Shown here in pieces: positions 9,377 to 20,000 of a stretch of DNA of 64,000 nt (position 1 is its first letter; each line of letters starts with the position of its first letter). A model generated the notes under the pieces. That model made no database searches, was not told the origin of the DNA, and saw only the letters and a list, made by a program, of their open reading frames with translations. The DNA comes from Bacteroidota bacterium. Its GTDB lineage: Bacteria > Bacteroidota > Bacteroidia > AKYH767-A > OLB10. The DNA lies in NCBI GenBank assembly GCA_016717325.1, contig JADKFV010000054.1, positions 76,599 through 140,598 on the forward strand, given 5' to 3'. The position numbers and the translations under genes were made by a program.

Positions 9377-11533
9377 TTAAAAGGCCGACTCAAAAGGCAA
9401 CAACAATTCCACCCTTAACCCTGCTGGATTATTCTGTTCGTCTTTCAAATCAACAATATTCACCGTTGCATTTACTTTCTTTTGTTGATTAATAATGTGT
9501 AAACGTTCCTGAGTGATTTTCATGCCCAACGATTCGCGTTTCTTTTCGGCACCATCTTCCATTTTTACATTTTGATTGCGTCCTTTTCCGTTATCTTCTA
9601 TCGCACAATAAAGCATTTGGTTTCGCTTAGCAATTATTATTTTTATAACGCCATTCTCTTTAGCACTCACACCATGCAATATCGAATTTTCGACAAAAGG
9701 CTGCAGTAACAAAGGAGGTATCAGTGTGTCTTCTTTATCAATAGCTGCATCTACTTCTATCAAATATTGAAACCGATTCTGAAACCTGAGTTTTTCCAAC
9801 TGCATATATATTTCGAGTGCCGATAAATCTTTTTCGAGCGTAACTTCCTGCTTGCGCGAATTTTCTAAAATCAACCGCATCAACATAGCAAATTTTGAGA
9901 GGTATTCGGCAGCATTATTTTTTTCATTTTCCAGAATATATTTCTTTATCGATTGCAACGAGTTGAAAATAAAATGTGGATTCATCTGCGCACGCAACGC
10001 TTTCATTTCTACTTCGGAAACAGTCTTTTCAAAAACTTCCTTTCTTCTTCTATTTGTTGTACGCACCATCATAAAAGCAAATAAACCACCCAAAAACACG
10101 CTGCCCATTGTTACATTACGTATTAATTTTTGTCGCTTTATTTCAACAATTGAAATGGCCTCGGCCTTATCGTGTTCGGCTTTTGTTGCGGCTTCCTTCT
10201 TCTCAAATTCGTACTGCATTTCTTTGCGGGTAAACTCTTTCGATTTTTCTTCATTGAAAATGGAATCGCGTGCTGCCAGCATTTTTTGATGATGCCACAG
10301 TGCTTTTTTATAGTCATGTGTTTCCTCATACAATTTGCTCAACGATTCATGATTATCGCGTTGCAACAATACCGCTCCAATGCTGTCGGAAATATTCAAT
10401 GCTGTGAGCAAATACTTTTCTCCTTCGCTGTATTTTTTCATCTTGGTAAAAATTGATCCTAAATTTCCATTTATAAATGCCACCTTGTTTCTATTGCCAA
10501 GTTCTTGTTCTTTCTTTAAAGCTTGTATATTGTAATCTATTGCCTTGGCATATTCTTCATTGCTTGAATAAATGTAGGCTATGTATCCCAAACTGTTTGC
10601 TTTCAATTCTTCGTAGCCTGCATCGGTTGCCATTCTTAATGATTTAAAACTGAATTCGAGTGCTACCGTATAATTACTATCAGCCTCGGCAAACTTTTCT
10701 TGTTTTTTAAATTCTTCACTTTTCGCATGGTATATCATTCCTATATTAGCATATTGCTTTATAGCATCGTATTCGTTACCATTTTGCTCATTCACTTTCA
10801 AAGCTCTCTTATTATAATCAAGTGCTTTCGAATATTCTTCGAGGTTGTTATAAACCAAACCAATATTGGCAAGCATATTTGCAATACCAATATTATCATT
10901 TGTGGCTTCGTTCATTTTTAGTGCTTTAAAATAATAGTCTAAAGCATTCTTAAAATCGCCTTCATCATTGCATACCAAGCCAATGTTGCCAAGCACTGTT
11001 GCCATTTTGCCCGTGTCTTTTAATGTTTCGAAAATAGGTAACGCTTCAAGATAAAAATCGATGGCCTTTTTGTACTCGCCCTTGTTCCAATTAACAAGAC
11101 CCATATTCGACAATGCTTTAGCCTGCTGAATTTTAAATGCACCAATATTTTTATTATTTGACTGAGAAGCTAAGAGTGTCCAATGTGCCAATGCTTTGTT
11201 GAAATAAAAAATAGCGGAATCAAAATTACCTGCGACAAAATGAACCGACCCAAAAATATTATAACATTGCCCAACACCCTCGGGCCAATTTATTTTTTGC
11301 GACAATTGTAATGCAGCAATGTTTAACACCAATGCTGTATCCGGATTGGTATACATTATTTCGAACGATAATTCGTTTAAATTTTTCACCATCCCCGAAT
11401 CGGCAATACATAAATTATTGCAAATGGGTTTATAATTTTTTACAAGCTTTGTAAGCGAATCTATTTTTTGTTGTTGGCCAAAAACAAAATTGAAACACAA
11501 AACATAAATTGTTAACAGAAAATTTTTTCTCAT
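9377..11533 (-). CDS. TPR-repeat sensor histidine kinase (LytS-type His_kinase + HATPase_c)
   Basis: 718 aa. It has a signal peptide, multiple TPR-like repeats (AxxYxxxAL, NIGxxY), one TM (VTMGSVFLGGLFAFMMV), the His_kinase motif RAQMNPHFIFNSLQSI and a C-terminal ATPase. Confidence 0.85.
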   Translation of the reverse strand: MRKNFLLTIYVLCFNFVFGQQQKIDSLTKLVKNYKPICNNLCIADSGMVKNLNELSFEIMYTNPDTALVLNIAALQLSQKINWPEGVGQCYNIFGSVHFVAGNFDSAIFYFNKALAHWTLLASQSNNKNIGAFKIQQAKALSNMGLVNWNKGEYKKAIDFYLEALPIFETLKDTGKMATVLGNIGLVCNDEGDFKNALDYYFKALKMNEATNDNIGIANMLANIGLVYNNLEEYSKALDYNKRALKVNEQNGNEYDAIKQYANIGMIYHAKSEEFKKQEKFAEADSNYTVALEFSFKSLRMATDAGYEELKANSLGYIAYIYSSNEEYAKAIDYNIQALKKEQELGNRNKVAFINGNLGSIFTKMKKYSEGEKYLLTALNISDSIGAVLLQRDNHESLSKLYEETHDYKKALWHHQKMLAARDSIFNEEKSKEFTRKEMQYEFEKKEAATKAEHDKAEAISIVEIKRQKLIRNVTMGSVFLGGLFAFMMVRTTNRRRKEVFEKTVSEVEMKALRAQMNPHFIFNSLQSIKKYILENEKNNAAEYLSKFAMLMRLILENSRKQEVTLEKDLSALEIYMQLEKLRFQNRFQYLIEVDAAIDKEDTLIPPLLLQPFVENSILHGVSAKENGVIKIIIAKRNQMLYCAIEDNGKGRNQNVKMEDGAEKKRESLGMKITQERLHIINQQKKVNATVNIVDLKDEQNNPAGLRVELLLPFESAF

Positions 11534-11665
11534 AGTAAATACTTTTTGAAGAAGCCACTAACGTAAGTTTATTTAATCAACTAATTGCAAAAAACAGAAT
11601 TAACAAAACCAAAAAAAGCTGCCAGTTACAGCAGCTTTCTTTAGTTTCGAAACATTATTATTTTT

Positions 11666-13084
11666 CTATTTAGTGACGACCATTTTCTTGCTGTCAATCT
11701 TTTTCCCGTCAACTATCAATTCATACATGTATGTTCCTGATGTAAAGGGTTCTGTTGAAATAGTTAATTCAAGATTTCCTTTGCCGGTGATTGGGTAAGA
11801 TGCTACTAATCTATTTTTATAATCGTATACGGCTATTGTTACCTTATCTGCATTGTTTGGCACAAAATATTTTATCACCGCTTCTTCCGAAAATGGATTT
11901 GGGGTATTTTGCTCCAGATAGGCTTCATCCTTTTTAATCTCGGTGTTATTGCTTTGTTTCATTGCAGAAATACTTTTTTTGATATCCTCCATTTGCTTCG
12001 ATAGGTTTGCAACTTCAACTTTCAATTCTGCATTTTCAGTTTTAATGTTTTGCAGTTTTTCTATTTCGGTTTGTTGTTCTTTTATTGCTTGAATCAACAC
12101 CGGAATAAGTCCAATATAGTTTACGCCTTTGTAACTTACTTCATCCGAAATTTTTTCATTTGTTTCAGGATTGAAATCTGCCGGATGTATGGAGTTGGAA
12201 ACCAGTTCGGGAAAAACTTTTTCCAGGTCTTGCGCAATTAATCCAATTTGATTGCCTTGAGGTAGGTTCATAAAATTGTACTCCGTTTTAAAAGTGTAAC
12301 TTTTCACTTGAAGGCTTTTTACTTTATCTAATGCTCCGGTATAGGCCTTAATGTTTTCTTTAAATTTCCTATCCGAAACACCATTTAACTTTCCGGTGTA
12401 TTCTAAATCGCCCGAAAAATATCCGGCATAGTTTGTTTTACCTCCGCTGGCAATTCCAAAAACGCCATAGTTTGTTACTTTGGATGAGCTATTAACGGCC
12501 CTGCCATAAGTGCCATAGCGTGTTCCATCTGTACCCAGAGCATTTCCATAAGCGCCATAACAACTGTTAATAGAGGTAGAACCATTTGCAATAGAATAGT
12601 TGCCGTATTTTCCGCCTTCGGCATATACTCCGCGGCCAACACCTAACGAAGGAAGCACTTGTGTACGCAGCCCAAAAACATCAAATTTCGTGGTTTGAAT
12701 CGTCCTTATTAACATACCGGCCGCACCTGTTGATGGAAGGTTGGCCTCCAGGTAAGCACCATCAACACTATCTTTTATAAGTCCTCCATGACCCGAAAGT
12801 GGAACCGATTTCAAATTTGACAAATCGAATACGGCACCATCTTGCATCAAAATAACAGGTGCCTTTACTCCTCCTGGTGTTTTACATTCGGGAATAAATC
12901 GCAGCATTATTTTATTATTGGTTTTTATCTGAAATTCGTTGCATCCAGCAGTACCTATTGATTTAGCTGATGTGTCGGCACCAAAGCTGTTTGTACCTAC
13001 TATCCAATTTTGAGTATGGGCAACATTTGTAAAAAAAATAAGCACAAAAAAGACAAGCAGCCATCGTGAAATTAATTTTCTCAT
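11666..13084 (-). CDS. Tail-fibre-like secreted protein: peptidase S74 chaperone domain + coiled coil + T9SS type-A CTD
   Basis: 472 aa with a signal peptide. The S74 motif is SDRKFKENIKAYTGALDKVKSLQVKSYTF...IGLIAQDLEKVFPELV...YKGVNYIGLIPVLIQAIKEQQTEIEKLQ. The C-terminus ends KYFVPNNADKVTIAVYDYKNRLVASYPITGKGNLELTISTEPFTSGTYMYELIVDGKKIDSKKMVVTK. Confidence 0.7.
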   Translation of the reverse strand: MRKLISRWLLVFFVLIFFTNVAHTQNWIVGTNSFGADTSAKSIGTAGCNEFQIKTNNKIMLRFIPECKTPGGVKAPVILMQDGAVFDLSNLKSVPLSGHGGLIKDSVDGAYLEANLPSTGAAGMLIRTIQTTKFDVFGLRTQVLPSLGVGRGVYAEGGKYGNYSIANGSTSINSCYGAYGNALGTDGTRYGTYGRAVNSSSKVTNYGVFGIASGGKTNYAGYFSGDLEYTGKLNGVSDRKFKENIKAYTGALDKVKSLQVKSYTFKTEYNFMNLPQGNQIGLIAQDLEKVFPELVSNSIHPADFNPETNEKISDEVSYKGVNYIGLIPVLIQAIKEQQTEIEKLQNIKTENAELKVEVANLSKQMEDIKKSISAMKQSNNTEIKKDEAYLEQNTPNPFSEEAVIKYFVPNNADKVTIAVYDYKNRLVASYPITGKGNLELTISTEPFTSGTYMYELIVDGKKIDSKKMVVTK

Positions 13085-13306
13085 ATTATTAAGTTTTTAA
13101 TAGTTTGTACAAACATAAAGCAATAAAACCCCTTTTCGACATAATACAGAAAAAATAATTTGCCGAAAAATGATGGCTTTAAAAATCAAAAATGCTTCAA
13201 CTATAAAATTGCGTTTTCAAATAATTTTGTTCAATATTTGTAGCTCCGAAAAATCAGAAACGAAAATAAATTTAAGACCGAAAAAATATTCACACAAATA
13301 AAAAAT

Positions 13307-13714
13307 ATGCTTTCGAAAAAATGTAAGTACGCATTAAAGGCTCTGCGAAGAATGGCGATGAATGAAGGAACGATATTGAAGACGCAAGAAATAGCTTCGC
13401 TCGAAAATATTCCGAAAAAATTTCTTGAACATATTTTAAATGATTTGCGTGCTCATGCATTTATAGGAAGTAAAAAAGGTGCTGAAGGCGGCTACTATTT
13501 GATAAAGCCGGCTAAGTCAATTTTAATATCGGATGTGTACAGATTGTTTGATGGTGCAATAGCACTGCTGCCATGTGCCAGCGACAAGTACTACGAACCT
13601 TGCGATGATTGCCCCGATCCTGAAACGTGCAAAATGAAAAGTGTGTTTATCGAAGTTCGAAATAAAACGTACAAACTGCTTTCAAAAAAAACTATTCTTT
13701 CGATGGTAGAATAA
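13307..13714 (+). CDS. Rrf2-family transcriptional regulator (IscR-like, with a Cys cluster)
   Basis: 135 aa. MLSKKCKYALKALRRMA ... HTH ... GSKKGAEGGYYL is typical of Rrf2. CASDKYYEPCDDCPDPETC supplies candidate Fe-S ligands. Confidence 0.85.
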   Translation: MLSKKCKYALKALRRMAMNEGTILKTQEIASLENIPKKFLEHILNDLRAHAFIGSKKGAEGGYYLIKPAKSILISDVYRLFDGAIALLPCASDKYYEPCDDCPDPETCKMKSVFIEVRNKTYKLLSKKTILSMVE

Positions 13715-13805
13715 ATGAATAGCTCTTTAGTGCCGGAATATCATAAAACAAAAAAAATCCAAATCAAAAGCTTCTTCGAAGTAACCGATTACAACCTTAC
13801 CATAG

Positions 13806-14192
13806 CTATTTCACTACAGGCAATCGGTTTTGCTGCCAGGCTTCAATTCCCCCGGTCAAATTAAAAACCGATTTAAAGCCATTTTTAGAAAGAGCCTCAC
13901 TTGCACCGGCACTGCGTCCTCCGCGCTGACAATACACATAAACTTTTTTTGTTTTGTCGATGCTGCTTATTTGTTTTTCGAAGTCGGCACCGTTGTAATC
14001 GTAATTGATTGCGCCTTTTAAATGTCCGCTATTATATTCTTCGGCAGTGCGCACATCGAGCAATATAATATTTTGTGCAGCGGCTTGTTGCTGAAATATT
14101 TTTGCATCGAGGTTAGTATATTGTGATTTTGATGTTTGCCCGCAAGCTAATGTCACAGTAAATAAGATAAGGATAAAAATGTTTTTTACCAT
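13806..14192 (-). CDS. Rhodanese-domain sulfurtransferase lipoprotein
   Basis: 128 aa. Lipobox TLACGQ and the rhodanese active-site loop YCQRGGRSAGA. Confidence 0.85.
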   Translation of the reverse strand: MVKNIFILILFTVTLACGQTSKSQYTNLDAKIFQQQAAAQNIILLDVRTAEEYNSGHLKGAINYDYNGADFEKQISSIDKTKKVYVYCQRGGRSAGASEALSKNGFKSVFNLTGGIEAWQQNRLPVVK

Positions 14193-14219
14193 AGTTAATT
14201 ATTTTTAATTGTTAATGAA

Positions 14220-14636
14220 TTACAATTTAGACACAAACCAATCGTTGAGAGGTTCGAATACAAAATCGGTCCAGCCATCGAGGTGTTTTTCTTTTTCTTC
14301 CTCGCTTGGAAAGCCCGAATGATTTAGTACCACTTCACATCCCGCTGCATGTTTATTGAAAACATATTTCACCACCGAAGCATCAGCTTTTGTTGGCCAG
14401 TCGGTGGGCTTCCAGGTGTACGAAAGTTTTTCGCCCGGTTTAAAATCAAGCACTTCGCCTTTTACCCAACCATCAAACATTTCGACATGCCCTCCTGGTT
14501 TTAATTCAACATCGCCTGCTTGTCCGCACCATTCTGCTATGAGGGATTTTTTTGTAAGCGCCTCAAATACATTTTTTGGCGATGAATATATCACCCACTT
14601 CGATGTGAGTGCTATTTCATTATTCTGTTTTGCCAT
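14220..14636 (-). CDS. SRPBCC / AHSA1-like (activator of Hsp90 ATPase homolog) domain protein
   Basis: 138-aa soluble protein. Its length and pattern (W-rich, GGHVEMFDGWVKGEVLDFKPGEKLSYTW) fit the SRPBCC fold. The assignment is by resemblance only. Confidence 0.5.
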   Translation of the reverse strand: MAKQNNEIALTSKWVIYSSPKNVFEALTKKSLIAEWCGQAGDVELKPGGHVEMFDGWVKGEVLDFKPGEKLSYTWKPTDWPTKADASVVKYVFNKHAAGCEVVLNHSGFPSEEEKEKHLDGWTDFVFEPLNDWFVSKL

Positions 14637-14689
14637 TATATTTTATTAAAAAAAAAGGTGAGAAAAAATTCCCACCTTCTTTATTCTTG

Positions 14690-16783
14690 TTACTGAATCA
14701 ACAATCGTTTGGTGGTTTTCTTTTCGCCCACAATCATTTCTACAAGGTATACTCCAGCAGGCAACCCTTTTCCTATTGCGAAATTATGGTTTCCGGCATT
14801 GAGTTTTTCATCAACAATAGATGATATTTTTTTACCTATAGCATCGTATACGGCTATGGTTACATTTTCGTTTTTCAATAAGACGAATGAAAGTTGACTT
14901 TGCTCGCTCGTTGGGTTGGGTTGTAAATTTACTTCTATGGCATCGCCAATAATTTCGTTAAGCGAGGTAATTCCACCTAAATTGATGTCATCAACATACA
15001 CATTATTTGCATCGGCATTATTGGTAAACACAAATTTGAACATTACGGAATTTTTGCCTAAAGCAGGATTTATGTTTACGGTTTCGGTGCGCCATTGTGC
15101 TGCAGTAGGAACAAAGGTTCCTGTATTGGTTCCTGTAATGGTTGATAATGCCTGACCTGTTTTGCTCCACCGTGGTGTCCAACTCGTTCCACAATTTGTC
15201 GACATATATACATCCATATCATTAGTTGCTGTAGAGTTGCGTTGTGCAAATGCAACTTTGAAAGTCATAGTAGGGCTTGTTACATTCGAAAAATTGAATG
15301 ATGGCGTAATAAACTCATCGGTGCCCGGTTGTGTTGTTGTAAAATTTTGCAAGTAAACCGATTTTGTTCCCGTAGCTGCGGCAATGCTGGTTTGTGTCCA
15401 CTCTTGCGATATGTCGGAAAACTTTAGCCAATCACTGTTTGGAAATGTAATGTTTTCGAAGCTTTCTGTAAAAGGTATGGCATTAGCTCCCAGTGCCGGT
15501 ATCACATGTACAATACCAACTTTTGTATCAGTGCTACTTCCATTGGCATTGGTAACTGTAAGCGATACATCGTACGTGCCTGCCGTAGCGTAGTTTATGG
15601 TTGGCGTAGCGCTCGTGCTGCTTGATGGATTGCCACCGGTAAATGTCCAGCTATAAGTAAAAGGTCCAACATTGTAACTGCCTTCACTAAAAGTAACATT
15701 GCCACCTGCACAAGTCAAATAATATTGTTTGTTGATAGATGCTATGGGCGAGCAGTTGCCGGGGGCACTGCCATCGGTTCCGGTTGCAATTAAGTTGGCC
15801 TGTGTCCATAAATTATTGCGACCACTTGCACTGCTATTGAGTGCTGCATTCATACGTGCACATTGCCCTATCGAAAACATGTGTTGACATACTCCATCAG
15901 AATAATCCATGTAATTCATAAACATATCGCCATTAGGTGCATTGCCTGTACAATTAGTAACACTAGGAAAAATAGGGCAACCAAAATTCAAAGCTTGTTG
16001 TGTAGGTGTATCGCTCACCAAATCGTTACCACACACTGCATCGCCCCATATATGACGAAGGTTAAACCAATGTCCTGCCTCGTGGCATATTACTCTGCCA
16101 TCATTACCATTGCCGGCTGCCGTACCAATGCTGCCAATATAATCCTGGCGCATAACAATACCATCGGTACTTGAAGCACCTCCCGGAAATTGGGCAAAGC
16201 CTATTACTATACCGGCAACTGCACCACTGTTAGCAATCGATTTTACTGTCCACACATTAAGGTATTTATTACTTGGCCAATAAATAAGGCCTTTTACATT
16301 ATTGCGGCAATTGTTGGTAAGGTTTGAGTAAGTGCGGGTAACCCCATCGGTACAATTGCCATTAGGGTCTAATTGTGCCAATCGAAATTCTACATCGGCA
16401 TTGCCTGTTAATGGTTTGAAAACACCCGGTATGGAAGCAGTGTCGGCATTAAGCTTTTGATATACTTTATTCATAATATCAATTTGATCCAATATTTGGG
16501 TGCGCGAAATATTGTCGGTACCACCTTGATGTATCACATGAAACACCACCGGAATGACCTTAATGGCCGATGACTGCTTTAGTTCAGGATTTTGTTTCAA
16601 GTAAAAGTCAACATACTCGGTCGTAAATTTTTCGAGGTCGGCCTGGTTTTTTGCAAAGTCCTTATCGGTATGCATCATGTTTTCATACTCATCGTGAGCT
16701 GCACACGGAGTAAGGTTTTGAGAAATTAATGTTCCGCTAAGCAAAGCAAAACAGAACAAGAGCGAAGTGATTTTTGATTTCAT
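14690..16783 (-). CDS. M43 pappalysin-like zinc metallopeptidase with PKD-like domains and T9SS type-A CTD
   Basis: 697 aa with a signal peptide. Zinc site HEAGHWFNLRHIWGD and Met-turn region. The C-terminus ends AGVYLVEMIVGEKKTTKRLLIQ. It is a paralog of the partial gene at 1..1141. Confidence 0.85.
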   Translation of the reverse strand: MKSKITSLLFCFALLSGTLISQNLTPCAAHDEYENMMHTDKDFAKNQADLEKFTTEYVDFYLKQNPELKQSSAIKVIPVVFHVIHQGGTDNISRTQILDQIDIMNKVYQKLNADTASIPGVFKPLTGNADVEFRLAQLDPNGNCTDGVTRTYSNLTNNCRNNVKGLIYWPSNKYLNVWTVKSIANSGAVAGIVIGFAQFPGGASSTDGIVMRQDYIGSIGTAAGNGNDGRVICHEAGHWFNLRHIWGDAVCGNDLVSDTPTQQALNFGCPIFPSVTNCTGNAPNGDMFMNYMDYSDGVCQHMFSIGQCARMNAALNSSASGRNNLWTQANLIATGTDGSAPGNCSPIASINKQYYLTCAGGNVTFSEGSYNVGPFTYSWTFTGGNPSSSTSATPTINYATAGTYDVSLTVTNANGSSTDTKVGIVHVIPALGANAIPFTESFENITFPNSDWLKFSDISQEWTQTSIAAATGTKSVYLQNFTTTQPGTDEFITPSFNFSNVTSPTMTFKVAFAQRNSTATNDMDVYMSTNCGTSWTPRWSKTGQALSTITGTNTGTFVPTAAQWRTETVNINPALGKNSVMFKFVFTNNADANNVYVDDINLGGITSLNEIIGDAIEVNLQPNPTSEQSQLSFVLLKNENVTIAVYDAIGKKISSIVDEKLNAGNHNFAIGKGLPAGVYLVEMIVGEKKTTKRLLIQ

Positions 16784-17027
16784 CTATTCAATTTTAAATT
16801 TGGGACTGCTAAAATAAATAAAATAAATCGAGAAGAAAATTTCGCCACCAATTCTTTACAAAATAAACCATATTTTTTTTTGAACTTAAAACTTGGTTGC
16901 TTCTCCCACAGGCAAAAGTTTAACAAAACCATTCACCAATCCTTAACACTTAAAACAATTGAGACAATCTATTTTCGTGGCATACAAATGTTATTTTTGC
17001 ACAGAATACTTTTTAATAAAAACAAAG

Positions 17028-20000
17028 ATGGGATACGGAACAGATAATTATCAATTGCTTATAACAAAACTCGATGAGTTTATACGCAAGTATTACAAAA
17101 ATCAGCTTATACGCGGGGTGCTTTATACAATTGCTACTGTAGTGGCGTTTTACTTATGCATCACATTGCTCGAATATTTCGGTCGGTTTAATACCACTGT
17201 GCGCACAGTAATGTTTTACTCTTTTGTTTTATTGGCACTGGGAGTTTTGTCGCGATACATCATTTACCCTTTAGCAAAACTATTTCACATAGGCAAAGTG
17301 ATTACACACGAGCAGGCAGCCGAAATTATTGGTAAGCACTTTAGTAATGTGAGCGATAAATTATTTAACACTCTTCAACTACAAAAACAAAACGAAGGAC
17401 AAAACTCCGCACTTATTAATGCATCTATCAATCAAAAAATTGTTGAGCTTAAACCTGTTCCATTTAGTTCGGCAATCGATTTAAATAAAAACAAAAAATA
17501 CCTCAAGTATGCCATACCTCCTGTACTTGCAGTGGTTGTTTTATTATTTGCTGCCCCAAGTTTACTCCGCGAAAGCACACAACGGTTGCTAAAGCACAAC
17601 ACTTATTTTGCCGAGCCGGCACCTTTCAAATTTATAGTTGAGAATAAAAGTTTACGCACCGTTCAAAACGAAGACTATGTGCTCAATGTAGCGGTGGAAG
17701 GAAAAGATATTCCCGAAAATATTTATATCAACATCAATGGAAATAATTTTCGATTAGAAAAAGATAACAATGTAAAGTTCAATTATACTTTCAAAAACGT
17801 ACAAGGCTCTACCGATTTTGTGTTGCAGGGTAACGGATATTCGTCACAGGAATATTTGCTCGAAGCCATTCCCAATCCATCTATCATGAACTTTACTTTA
17901 CATCTTCAATATCCTGCATACCTCAACCGCAAACCAGAAGTATTGCAAAACACGGGCGACATTATTATTCCGCTTGGTACCAAGGTTACGTGGAAATACG
18001 AAACCCGAAATACCGAAAAACTCACAATGATGTTTAGTGACGAAACCATTGCAGCCGAGCAAGCAGGCGATGAGCAATTTAATTACTCGCGCACGTTTAA
18101 GACAAATAACAATTATGCAGTTACATCTTCAAACGCACAAATAAATAATAAGGATACCATGAGCTATAGTATCAATGTGGTGGCAGATGGTTATCCGCAA
18201 ATTACGGTTGATGAACAAAAAGATTCGATGGCCACCAAGCAGGTTTATTTTCGTGGCAATATAAATGACGATTATGGTTTTAGTCGTTTGGCATTTTGCT
18301 ATCGGTATTTAAAATCGGGAAATGACACTGTGCAACATGGCGAAAAAGTAAATTACGAAAATCTTGCTATACAACGTGGCATAAGTCAGGAGCAATTTTA
18401 CCATTACGTAAATCTCGACAATTTAAAAATTCAGCCGGGTGACGAGCTCGAATATTATTTTGAAGTGTGGGATAATGATGGCGTTCAGGGCCCGAAATCG
18501 GCACGCTCGCAAGCGCATGTATTTAAAGCTCCATCGCTTACCGAGCTCGAAAAAGAAAAAGAAAAAAGCAATGCCGACATGAAAGATGAAATGAGCGAAA
18601 CCATGAAACAGGCAAAAAAAATACAAAAAGAAACCAGCGAAATATTGAAAAAACTTACCGAGAAAAAGAAGCTAGAGTATGATGATAAAAAAACCATGGA
18701 GGACTTGCTCAAGCAACAAAAAGATTTGCAGAACAAAGTGGAAAACATGAAGCAGCAGCAAGAGCAAAACATGAAAAAAACAATCGGAGTACAAAAAAGA
18801 GGATGAGCGTATAATGCAAAAGCAGGAAGAGTTGCAAAAGTTGTTCGACAAAGTGATGAGCGAAGATATGAAAGAGAAAATGCGCGAAATGGAAAAGTTG
18901 CTCAACGAAATGGACAAGGATAAAATAAAGGAGAAGCTGGAGCAAATGAAAATGGACAATAAAGATTTGGAAAAAGAACTCGACCGCAATCTTGAATTGT
19001 TTAAGCAACTGGAAGTGGAACAAAAGATGAATGATGCTGCCAATAAACTTGAAGAGCTGGCAAAAAAGCAAGAAGAACTTTCGAAAAAGGCTGATGATAA
19101 AAATGCCGATGCAAAGGAGTTGGAAAAAAAGCAGGAAGAATTGAATAAGGAGTTTGACGAAGTGAAAAAAGATTTGAAGGATGCCGAAAAGAAAAACAGT
19201 GAACTGGAAACACCAAAAGATTTGCCCGATACAAAAGCGGAACAGGAAAATGTAGATAAGGAGCAAGAAAAAAGCAGCGAGGATTTGCAAAAGGGCGATA
19301 AAAAAAGTGCCAAGAAATCGCAAAAAAGCGCAGCAGATGATATGCAGAAAATGGCACAGAAAATAAAAAAGGGCATGGAAGAAGCCGAAGAAGAACAAGC
19401 CGAAGAAGATGAAAAAGCTTTGCGCATGTTGCTCGAAAATTTATTGCGCTTTTCTTTTGATCAGGAAAAATTGATGGCCGATTTGAAAAATATTGATGTT
19501 AATAATCCCAAGTATTTGAAGCTGGCACAACAACAACGTAAGTTGAAAGATGATTCGCGTTTGATTGAAGATAGTTTGTTTGCCCTTAGCAAACGTGTGG
19601 CACAAATACAAAGCATAGTAAATCAAGAGATAGGAAAAATAAACCAAAATGTAGAAGCATCTATCGAACATCTCGAAGACCGCTATGTACCGCAAGCACG
19701 CAGCGAACAACAATATGTAATGACATCGGTAAATAATCTTGCGTTGATTTTGAGCGAATCATTACAACAGATGCAACAGCAAATGCAACAACAAAAAAGT
19801 GGAAATGGTTCGTGCAAAAAGCCCGGCAAAGGAAAGCCTTCGACATCGGCTGCAAAGTTGCGACAGATGCAACAAAAGCTAAACGACCAAATGAAGCAAA
19901 TGAAAGATGGTATGAAACCCGGTGATAAACCCGGCCGTAAGCCAGGCGAAAAACCCGGAGGGCAATCGGGCATGAGTGAGCAACTTGCAAAGATGGTAGC

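Noticed and set aside
16959-17027. ORF-track start of the coiled-coil protein at 16959 (TTG) and of metF at 46773
   Set aside because: In-frame ATG codons further downstream (17028 and 46878) coincide with the conserved protein N-termini. The 46773 extension would also read through a strong terminator hairpin.
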